A stretch of 64,000 bases of DNA from contig CAVVYR010000031.1 in assembly GCA_963752475.1 (NCBI GenBank), positions 1-64,000 of the forward strand, in the 5' to 3' direction. Under the pieces are notes generated by a model. It was not told the DNA's origin. It saw only the letters and a program-made list of their open reading frames with translations, and did no database searches. Below are positions 1 to 8,044 of the stretch, in pieces. Within the stretch, counting starts at the first letter, position 1. Every line of letters begins with the position of its first letter. The DNA is from an uncultured Chloroflexia bacterium. GTDB taxonomy: Bacteria; Chloroflexota; Limnocylindria; Limnocylindrales; CSP1-4. The position numbers and the translations under genes were made by a program.

Positions 1-394
1 CCGACCGTCTCGCTCGAACGTGGGGTCCAGCGGACCGAGGGTCTGCGATGGAAGTTCCTGGCCAACGCCTCCGACCCTCGCGTGGACGGCACGCTCTCGA
101 TGCTGGGTGAGACGCGATACCAGTTCCCCGGCTCCGTCACCATCACCTCCGGTCCGGTGGAACTGGTGAACGACGATGGCCGCTGGTCCGGGGAGTGGGG
201 GTGGTGGCGAACGCGAACGCACGATGGGCTGGAAGGTCCTCGGGTTCCTTGAGGGCGAGGGCGGATACGACGGACTCGCGTACCTCATCCACGTCGAGCA
301 GGACCTGTACGACACGAACGAGCTCGAGACCCATGGGGTCATCTACGTAGGCGATATCCCAGGCACGACGGACGAGGAGCCCCTCGCCGAGTAA
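1..394 (+). CDS. Secreted-protein family member (5'-truncated by window, frameshift near 200)
   Basis: Frame 1 gives SDPRVDGT...VNDDGRWSGEW; frame 2 continues GEGGYDGL...GVIYVGDIP...AE*. Same motifs as the paralogs at 2206, 3134 and 23536. Confidence 0.75.
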
Positions 395-400
395 CCCCAT

Positions 401-674
401 TGTGAGACTGGTGTCCTCCCCATCGCGGGGGCCCAGACTGGCGGCGACAGTGGACAGGCATGACCCGTAATCCCACTGGCTCTCGCAGCATGGCTTCGGG
501 ATGCCCTCGCGGGGATCTGTCTGCCCGTTCGCTGTCGACGCCGGCCTGGGACGCCGAGGCGTTGGCCTGATCAGAAGCCTGTCCACCCCGCAGGGGTGTG
601 ACCCATCACAGTCCTGCCAGCCCGGATGTCATGGCCCAGCCCGACGCCGACCACGGTCACCACACCGTCTCACA
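401..674 (+). ncRNA. Putative IS110 bridge RNA (target-binding and donor-binding loops)
   Basis: Closing stem 401-414/662-674. Two stem-loops with internal loops carry GTAATCCCA (467-475) plus CGCGG (508-512), matching the target, and AGAAGC (573-578) plus TCACA (606-610), matching the donor junction. Confidence 0.7.
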
Positions 675-685
675 GGAGGGCAACC

Positions 686-1736
686 ATGACCATGCTCGCA
701 GAGCGGATCGACGCCGTCATCGGGGTCGACACGCACAAGGCCTCGCACACCGCCGCGGTCGTGACACCGACCGGCGGTGCCACCGCTCACCTGACGGTGC
801 CCTCGGACGCCGTCGGCGCCAAGCGCGTCCTGGCCTTCGCTCGCCGTCACGCCCCTGCCCGACGGGTCTGGGCGATCGAGGGCACGGGCAGCTTCGGTGC
901 CGGGCTCACGACCTATCTGCTCGAGCAGGGCGAGTGGGTCGTCGAGATCGACCGCCCCAGGCGACCGGCCCGCCGCAACGGCGCCAAGAGCGACGAGCTC
1001 GACGCGATCCGCGCTGCCCGCGAGGCGCTCTCGCGCGAGCACCTCGCGCAGCCACGGCGTCGGGGCAGCCGCGAGGCGCTGCGCGTGCTGCTCGTGACAC
1101 GCGAGGGCTGCGGTGGTCGAGCGGACACGGGCGGTCTCCGCGCTCCAGGCGCTCGTCGTCAATGCGCCCGAGCAGCTCCGCGATCGGCTGCGCCACCTGG
1201 GTACCCGCGAGCTGGTCCTCCGGTGCGCGCGGCTGCGCAGCGGTCCCACACGGTCGCTCGAGCACCGCGCGACGATCGCGGCACTGCGCTCCACAGCGCG
1301 GCGGGCCCTCGTCTGCGAGGCCGAGGCGACCGACCTGGAGTCGGCGCTCGAGGACATCGTGAAGCAGGAGCGACCCGAGCTCCTCGCCGAGCCCGGCGTC
1401 GGGGTCATCACCGCAGCGCCCATCCTCAACGCCTGGTCCCATGCCGGACGCATCCGCTCCGAGGCGGCCTTCGCGATGCTCGCGGGCGTGGCGCCCATCC
1501 CCGCCTCATCGGGCCAGACCGTCCGTCACCGACTCAACCGTGCCGGCGACCGTCAGCTGAACCGGGCCCTCCACACCATCGTCCTCTCGCGGCTCCAGCA
1601 CGATGCCGAGACCCGCGCCTATGCCGCGCGTCGGCGGGCAGAGGGCCGGAGCGACCGAGAGATCAGGCGTTGCCTCAAGCGCTTCGTCGCACGGCGGCTC
1701 TTCCGGCTCCTGGAGGGCTCCGCCCAAGCGGCTTGA
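686..1736 (+). CDS. IS110 family transposase/recombinase (frameshift near 1110)
   Basis: IGVDTHK, AIEGTGSFG and KSDELDA (DEDD RuvC-like domain); C-terminal PIPASSG...HRLNRAGDRQLNRAL; RBS GGAGG at 675-679. Confidence 0.92.
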
Positions 1737-1738
1737 CA
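1733..1738 (+). promoter_or_regulatory. -35 hexamer at IS right end (circle-junction promoter)
   Basis: TTGACA lies 13 nt from the right end. On circularisation it would sit 16 nt before GAGACT (404-409). Confidence 0.55.
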
Positions 1739-2115
1739 GACATAGAAGCATCCGCGCCGCCTCGGCTGCCTGCGGCGCTGAAGAAAGTCGGAGGATGTTC
1801 GCGGCGACCAACCAGTCCCCGCGCTCAGCGCCGCAAGCCAGATCATCCACGCCGTCGTTGCCCCGACACCATCGACCACTGGTCGTCTGCGGTCGGGGAT
1901 CGCGTCGGGCGGTTCCTGCACGCTGACAACAGCGCCGCGAGCCAGATCCGGCACAGGGATAGACACCGACACGACGGTGCATGTCCTCCTGCGTGACCGT
2001 GAGCGGCACCCACCCGGACATCACGACGGTGCCGCGAAACAACGCCACTACCGCACGCGCATCCATCACCCTCGAAGGCCCAGTGGCCTTGTCGTCAGGC
2101 GGACAATGGTTGCCA

Positions 2116-2188
2116 GCGGGAGGCGATGAGGCACGGCCCACACCCTGGCCGCCTGGACCGCGCCGAGCCACTGGCGGACCCGGCCCGC
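2116..2188 (+). ncRNA. c-di-GMP-II-like riboswitch (variant), copy 1
   Basis: P1 GCGGG/CCCGC, kink-turn GGC-GAU-GA...GA-GCC, stem GGCACGG/CCGCGCC, pseudoknot CGCC/GGCG. Lies just upstream of the RBS; -10-like GACAAT at 2102-2107. Confidence 0.7.
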
Positions 2189-2205
2189 GCATGGGAGGGG
2201 TTGTC

Positions 2206-2754
2206 ATGCGTACGCTGCGACTGTCGCTGGTCGGGACGGTCATGTTGGCGCTGTTCGGCGGGCTCGGGGGCGTGGCAGCAGGGCAGGACCTCGAGGATGC
2301 GCCCGTATGGGTGAAGCTCCTCACCCGGGGAGATCTGCGGCTCGAGGGGATGGCCGTCATCGCCCAGCCAGGGTTGGGTTTCACGCAGTCGATCCGCGAC
2401 CTCCCGGGCGCCTGGGACAGCACCTACAGCGATCCCCGCCTGGACGGGACCCAGCACCTGATCCACAACGAGGACTGCTCCGCAGACGGCATCTGCGTCG
2501 CCTGGGGGGCCGTGGACATCGAGGGTCCCGAGGGCACGACGTGGACCCGCTGGTACCACGAGATCGACGATGACGACACCGACGGGGTGGACGACGCGAG
2601 CTGGCACTTCGTCCTCACCGGCACAGGACCCAACGAGGGGCTCACGGCCATCCTGTTCTCGCTGGGCGTGTGGGAGCAGTTCCCCAACGAATACGGGGTC
2701 ATCTACCGGGGCGACCCGCCGCCTGCCTCGGAGGAGCTGTTGACCGCCGAGTAA
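2206..2754 (+). CDS. Secreted protein, MRTLRL signal-peptide family
   Basis: RBS GGGAGGGG, signal peptide MRTLRLSLVGTVMLALFGGLGGVAAG/QD, SDPRLDGT and GTGPNEGL motifs. Confidence 0.85.
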   Translation: MRTLRLSLVGTVMLALFGGLGGVAAGQDLEDAPVWVKLLTRGDLRLEGMAVIAQPGLGFTQSIRDLPGAWDSTYSDPRLDGTQHLIHNEDCSADGICVAWGAVDIEGPEGTTWTRWYHEIDDDDTDGVDDASWHFVLTGTGPNEGLTAILFSLGVWEQFPNEYGVIYRGDPPPASEELLTAE

Positions 2755-2782
2755 CCCCATCCCGCCGCCTCGGCTGCCTGCG
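2749..2782 (+). repeat. Conserved 3' motif GAGTRACCCCATC...CGCCGCCTCGGCTGCC
   Basis: Also at 389-400 plus 1752-1774 (split by the IS), 3656-3685 and 19713-19747 (minus). Always includes the stop codon. Confidence 0.85.
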
Positions 2783-3041
2783 ATGGTCGCGGCCCTGCTT
2801 GGCACCTCGCCGGCCAGGGCCACGCCCATCGCCGCGAACCGGATCCACATACCCGTAGACACCGACACGCTGGACGCCTGCCCGCGTTGGGCCTGGGCGG
2901 ACACCATGACGGTGTGCTGGAACAGCGCCCTCGGACCTGAGGACAGCGGCCTCTGACCCTGAGAACAGCAGCCCGACTGCACGCGCATCTACCACCGTCG
3001 AACGCCCAGTGGCCTTGTCGCGAGGCGGACAATGGTTCGTA

Positions 3042-3113
3042 GCGGGAGGCCTGACGCGCGGCCCCAGCAGTGGCCGCCTGGACCGCGCCGAGCCACTGGC
3101 GAACCCGACCCGC
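3042..3113 (+). ncRNA. c-di-GMP-II-like riboswitch (variant), copy 2
   Basis: Homologous to 2116-2188, with stem GCGCGG/CCGCGC, a different loop, and 3' GGCGAACCCGACCCGC. Confidence 0.7.
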
Positions 3114-3133
3114 GCATGTTCAGGGGGAAAGTC

Positions 3134-3661
3134 ATGCGTACGTTGCGGCTGTCCCTGGCAGGGACGGTCATCCTGGCGCTGCTCGGTGGACTGGGTGGCG
3201 CGGCGCTGGCGCAGGACGAAGCGAGCGAGCCGACGACACCAGCGTTCTTCGAGCGGGTCGAAGAGACAGGGGACGACGACACTGGGGCATCGTGCACCAC
3301 GGACCCGCGCTTCAGCGGGACGATGGTGGAAGATGAGCCCGCCATCTTCAGCGAGACACCGGTCGCGCCCGAAGCACCTGGCATCCACGCGATCGGCCAC
3401 GGCTATGACCACGTCGGGTGGGGGCTGTCACGCCTCGAGAACGACGAGGGCGCCTGGCAGGGCTGGCACGGCGGCTTCTCGTGGATGAACGGGGCCCCGT
3501 GGCACGAGCAGATGTGGTTCGTCGGCGAGGGCGCGTACGACGGGTTGAGTGCCGTCGTCGCCAGTCGCTGCGAGCAACTCCCCTGCGGGGAGGGCGACAC
3601 GTTCCTCTACGGAGTCATCTACGAGGGCGACGTGCCACCGATCGGGCCGCCCGTCGAGTGA
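3134..3661 (+). CDS. Secreted protein, MRTLRL signal-peptide family
   Basis: MRTLRLSLAGTVILALLGGLGGAALA/QDE; TDPRFSGT, ENDEGAWQGW, GEGAYDGL and GVIYEGD motifs. Confidence 0.85.
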   Translation: MRTLRLSLAGTVILALLGGLGGAALAQDEASEPTTPAFFERVEETGDDDTGASCTTDPRFSGTMVEDEPAIFSETPVAPEAPGIHAIGHGYDHVGWGLSRLENDEGAWQGWHGGFSWMNGAPWHEQMWFVGEGAYDGLSAVVASRCEQLPCGEGDTFLYGVIYEGDVPPIGPPVE

Positions 3662-3684
3662 CCCCATCGCGCCGCCTCGGCTGC

Positions 3685-3726
3685 CAAGAAGAGGCCCGTC
3701 CCCGCTGAGGGGCGGGCCTCTTCTTG
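3685..3726. terminator. Intrinsic (bidirectional-type) terminator hairpin
   Basis: CAAGAAGAGGCCCGTCCC...GGGGCGGGCCTCTTCTTG long inverted repeat directly after the gene. Confidence 0.75.
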
Positions 3727-4033
3727 TGTCGGAGAACGTTCGCGGCGATGAACCAGCCCACGATGCGTCTACGAGCCGACCGGGCCCCACGCTCAGCCCC
3801 CACCATGCCGGGAGCCACAGATACAGGGATGGACCCCGACAGACCTCCATCCTGAGCATCGGGAGGCGGTCCTGAGCCCCGGCCTTGAGGCACGGCTGTG
3901 CCCTGAGAACGGCCACTCCGACACGCTGAACAGCGGCGCCACCGCACGCGCACCCGACCACTTGCCCCGACGGCTACCATTTAGAACAGACGGTCACTCC
4001 GCTGTGCGGAGGCCGAGATGCGCGGAGTAGACC

Positions 4034-4573
4034 GTGAACGGGTCACACGACTACAGGGCGCTCGAACGCGAGTTCGTCAGCTCCCAGATCAGCCTGCGTG
4101 AGCTATGTCGCAAGCACGGCATCAGCGCCCACTCTCTCGTCACCGTCCAGGCCAAGAAGGGCAAGTGGGCCGAGAAGCGCGAGCAGTACGAGGCCAAGGA
4201 GTCGGAGGCCTTCATGTCGCGCTACGCGGCCCGACAGGCTGACCGTCTGGCCGACCTCCACGACAAGATCCTCGACGCCATCGAAGAGGCCCTCGACGAG
4301 TTCTGCGAAGACATGGCGGCGACCGAGAAGAGGCGCATCGACGGTGAGTGGGTAGAGGTGCCCGCCATGCGGCTGATGCCGAAGGATGTCGCCATCCTGC
4401 TCGACCGGCTCGAGGTGCTGTTCGACACGCCGTCCCGCATCAGCGAAGGCCGCGACCTAACCGCCAGGTCGGAGCTGCCCATCGACGCCCTCAACCGGAT
4501 CGTGGAGCTGACACGGGGGAGGGCAGCGCCACCGACATCAACGCTGCCGCGAACGCGGCGGCTGGACGACTGA
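4034..4573 (+). CDS. Phage terminase-small-subunit-like HTH protein
   Basis: N-terminal ISLRELCRKHGIS...AKKGKWAEKR resembles the TerS-type HTH, followed by a helical region; RBS GGAG. Recognised by eye only. Confidence 0.55.
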   Translation: MNGSHDYRALEREFVSSQISLRELCRKHGISAHSLVTVQAKKGKWAEKREQYEAKESEAFMSRYAARQADRLADLHDKILDAIEEALDEFCEDMAATEKRRIDGEWVEVPAMRLMPKDVAILLDRLEVLFDTPSRISEGRDLTARSELPIDALNRIVELTRGRAAPPTSTLPRTRRLDD

Positions 4574-4738
4574 GCAACCCGGAGGTTGGTGGACTCGGCA
4601 GACACCCGCTCCCGCTCCACGCACGCCGCCGGTCCGTTCGGCCCTTGACCCGCTGAGCGGGCTGTTGACGATAGGTCGCGACTCACGGAGTTGGCCGTGG
4701 CGTGCCTAGGCGTCACCCACCCGTCGCAGACGGAGAGC

Positions 4739-5977
4739 GTGCCCAGTGCTTCCACTTGCCGACCAGTGGTATCGAAGGCTGCTCGCCTTGGCCCTGGCGT
4801 TGGGCGTCGCCGGTGGTCTGTTCGCGCTGGCGTACTCCGGGCTGACGACAACGGGCATCGGCTTCTTCTTTGGCGAGCCGACCTCCGAGCTGTTCTCGGG
4901 ACAGTGGTGGTGGATTCCGCTCGTGGCGATCGGCGCCCTGATCGTCGTGGCCATGCGCCAGCGCACCGGGCTGAGCGGCAAGGTCCCCGGAGGCATCGCG
5001 CTCGTGCGGGTCGGATGGGTCGAACCATCCACCGCCGTGCCGGTGATCGCGGTGTCGGTGGTGTCGCTCGATCTTCGGCGCGAGCCTGGGTCCCTCGCTC
5101 GGCATCATCGTCTTCGGCGGTGGCCTGGGTGCCTGGCTGGTGTCACGTCGCCCGGAAGCCGACGAGGCCGAGCGGCAGGAGAACTCGCTGGCGGGCATGG
5201 CCGGGGGCCTCGGTGCGGTCTTCTCAGGCCCGCTGTTCGCCAGCGTGATGGACACCGAGCTGTCCCCGCGCCCGAAGCGCGACTATGTCTCCTCCTTCGT
5301 CCCCCGGTTCCTCGCCGCTGTGGTCGGTTACCTCATCTTCTTCGGGGTGACGAGCCAGGTGATGCTCGGTTCGTATGCCATCCCCGACTACACATTCGAG
5401 TGGGTGCACATCCTCTATGCGCCGCTCCTGGGCCTGCTCGCCGCTGCCACGCTGGTGGTCTTCGTGGTCATCGACAAGGCCATCGGCCTTGCCGCTCAGT
5501 ACAGCCGAACCCGTATCTGACCGCCCTCGCGTTCGGGGCGCTCATCGGGTTCATCGCCTTCGCGGTGCCCCTCGCAGCCGCCGGGGGAGCTCGCAGCTCG
5601 TCCATGTGACCGAGAACCTGGGGGCGCTCGGGGTCGGACTGCTCATCGTGGTGGTGCTTGCAAAGATGGCTGCTGTCAGCCTCAGCAACAAAGCCGGCTT
5701 CCTGGGCGGACAGGTGTTCCCGATGCTCTTCATCGGCGGGACGGTCGGAGCCATCATCAGCGCCGTCGTCCCTGAGATCCCGGTTTCGCTGGCGGTAGGG
5801 GTCATGATCGCGGCGGTGCCCGGAGCGATCATCGGTGCACCCGTGACCTTCATCATCCTCGGCGTCGGGACCGTGGGGCTGGGCATCGCGTCGGTGGCCC
5901 CCATGGGAATCGCGATCATCACCGCTCAGCTTGCCGTATCAGCGTTTCGTCTCCGCAGGGCGCACGACAGCATGTAG
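4739..5977 (+). CDS. CLC (voltage-gated chloride channel family) transporter, frameshifted
   Basis: Multi-TM segments across three frames: GASLGP, AGMAGGLGAVFSGP, GFLGGQVFP. Confidence 0.75.
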
Positions 5978-6085
5978 CTCACCGCGCCCGTGGTCGATGC
6001 GATGGCCCACGAGCCGGGAGCATCGAGTTCCTGCCCGCCGAGGAGTAGGTCGCGGCTGCCGTCGGAACTCATCCACTCCGCACTG

Positions 6086-6122
6086 GTGGACGCGGTGGAC
6101 ATGTCCAGTGGGCAGTCCACTC
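6086..6122. repeat. Palindromic site GTGGAC-TGGACATGTCCA-GTCCAC, copy 1
   Basis: Perfect 12-bp palindrome at 6096-6107 with outer inverted arms; second copy at 20473-20511. Confidence 0.75.
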
Positions 6123-6138
6123 AACACATACACCGCGC

Positions 6139-6494
6139 TCACCCGACCTCGAGGTAGTAGTCCAGCACGCTGCGTTGCTGTTGGGGGCTCGAGCCCGTCC
6201 GGGGGCGCCATTACAACAGCACGCACCGGGTAGTCCTGGAAGAAGGGCCTGGCCTCGGGTCGCACGCTCATGCTCACGACCTCGCGGTCGGAGACGACCA
6301 CCCGCTCCACGATGTGCCGGATGATGGCCTGCTGGTGCTCGGGCGTCGTGCTTCGCACGATGTCCGCGAACGGGAGCAACGTGGCAGCCGCACGGTCGAA
6401 CGCGAGGACATTGGAGTCAGCCGGCAGCGGCAACTCGGCCAGGCGTTCCTCGAGCTTCCGGCGCTCGATCCGATACTCGGCCTCCTCCAGGTGC
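6139..6494 (-). pseudogene. C-terminal remnant of large serine recombinase-like protein
   Basis: Coiled coil EAEYRIERRKLEERLAEL, then QAIIRHIVERVVV and MAPPDGLE...SVLDYYLEVG*. No catalytic N-terminus is present. Confidence 0.6.
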
Positions 6495-6946
6495 TAGCCC
6501 TTGTCACCACGTAGGCCCCATCGTCCTCCCGGGTGATCCGCGATCTGCTCTTCCATCGCCCCGCCGGCTACATGACCTTCAAGGTCAAGCGACTCGGCGT
6601 AGTCCTCCCTTGCGAACTTGCAGGTCCGCTTCGGAGCCTGTGCCGTCCTCACTTTTCCAGCGATCCCAGGACGCGACCGGTCGGACGGATCGCTAACGTC
6701 TGTGGCGGCGACAGGTGGCTCCACGGAACGGGCGGACGGCCCGCCAATGTCGGTAGAGGCGACGGCCGAGGACGTCTGGCCGCCCAAGTCGGCCGGCGAG
6801 GCCGAGGAGCGCGATGCGGTTGCGGGATCTCGTTCCGCGGATCACGAGCGCGGCGGCCTCGGCCTTCGGGGTCTGGGTGTCCGGAGTAGAGTTGTTGCGG
6901 ACGTACGATCGTCCGCGGTGGCGCTGATGCAGATCGGAGGGGACCC

Positions 6947-7951
6947 TTGCGCGGTCGTCGATCCACGTGGCTATGTGTGGTTGCGCTGGCACTGACACTG
7001 GTCCTTCCAGGCGCGGCGATCGGCCAGGCCGATGTGGACGCCTACCAAGCCTTCGTCAAGCACACGGACTCGGCCATGGTGAAAGGCGTCAAGGTCGTCG
7101 ACAGCCTGCCCACCGATGCCACCCTCAAGCAGTACAAGAAGTGGTTCCGGCGCCTCCAGGACTGGAGCGCCAAGGAGAAGCGATGGCTCAAGAACCACCC
7201 TCCGGCCGACTGTTTCGAGGAGGAATGGGGCTACTGGGACGACTACGTCCGGCTCGTGTCAAGAGGCAGCACCATGGCTTCGCAGGGCATCAAGCGTGCT
7301 TCGCTCGATCGAGTCGGGCGCGCGAGCGAGATGATCGTGGAGGCGGGCGTCAGTTACGAGCTCTTCGTGGCGGCGGATTCCGTCGCCGCCTGCGAGGCGG
7401 CCACCTCGGTCACGGAGACTGCGACCATCGAACGGGAAGACCCATCGTCGGCGGTATCAACCGACCTCGGTTCGTTCGACGATGCGGTCGAGTTCATGGA
7501 ATCCCTCGGTCTGTCCGGCGAGCGGTTCGACTCGGATCACGGAGGGGACGGGTGGGGCGGCCACTCCCTCGACCCCTTTGCCATGGCGACGGTCAGCAGC
7601 ATCGATGGCGCCGTCGACTGGGTCTCCCTCACCACGAGCTTCGGCACGACGTCCGGCAGGCGTATCGCTGAGTTCAGCAAGTGGTTCACGGGCGGGAACG
7701 AGCTGGGTGAGTGGATCCACGAGAACCTCGACACGGTCATGAGCGAGAGCGATCCGATCAAGAAGGCGTTCGGCGATATCGAGGCCGAGGTCTCCGGCTC
7801 CAGCAACGAGGAGGGTGGCGGTGCCATCAGCGTCATCCTCGGCCTCCGCGACGAGGCAGAGGAAGGTGACCATGCGGAGGCCTCTCCGGCGGCGAGCCCG
7901 CCACGATCGCGAGGCGGCCTGGTCATCACTCCCGGCAGGCAGGATGAGTGA
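6947..7951 (+). CDS. Secreted hypothetical protein
   Basis: RBS GGAGGGG, TTG start, signal peptide ending AAIG/QA, 334-aa ORF. Confidence 0.75.
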   Translation: MRGRRSTWLCVVALALTLVLPGAAIGQADVDAYQAFVKHTDSAMVKGVKVVDSLPTDATLKQYKKWFRRLQDWSAKEKRWLKNHPPADCFEEEWGYWDDYVRLVSRGSTMASQGIKRASLDRVGRASEMIVEAGVSYELFVAADSVAACEAATSVTETATIEREDPSSAVSTDLGSFDDAVEFMESLGLSGERFDSDHGGDGWGGHSLDPFAMATVSSIDGAVDWVSLTTSFGTTSGRRIAEFSKWFTGGNELGEWIHENLDTVMSESDPIKKAFGDIEAEVSGSSNEEGGGAISVILGLRDEAEEGDHAEASPAASPPRSRGGLVITPGRQDE

Positions 7952-8044
7952 TTCTCGCGACTGACGTCGGCACGGTCGAGGCGAGTTGAGGTCGGCCGTG
8001 CTGTGGTCGGCGGCACCCAGTCTGTCCTCGTGCCGCGGGCGTGG

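Larger units (their letters stand above)
401..1751 (+). mobile_element. IS110-family insertion sequence
   Basis: Flanked by CAT at 398-400 and 1749-1751. Removing it restores GAGTAACCCCATCCGCG, which occurs uninterrupted at 19731-19747 on the minus strand. Contains a DEDD transposase and a ~285-nt left non-coding end. Confidence 0.9.

Noticed and set aside
401-674. Invertible segment bounded by TGTGAGAC/GTCTCACA
   Set aside because: Better explained as the closing stem of the IS non-coding RNA; no evidence of inversion in a single sequence.
1080-1140. Programmed frameshift in the IS110 transposase
   Set aside because: No slippery sequence is visible, IS110 transposases are normally single ORFs, and indels are common in this region.
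389-3726. Integron attC array or CRISPR array
   Set aside because: No integron integrase or cas genes, no RYYYAAC/GTTRRRY-bounded hairpins, and the units are gene-sized with their own promoters.
6185-6210. Functional tRNA gene (also 20569-20595)
   Set aside because: Only a 3'-end-like fragment with a non-canonical T-loop; no D-arm or anticodon arm.
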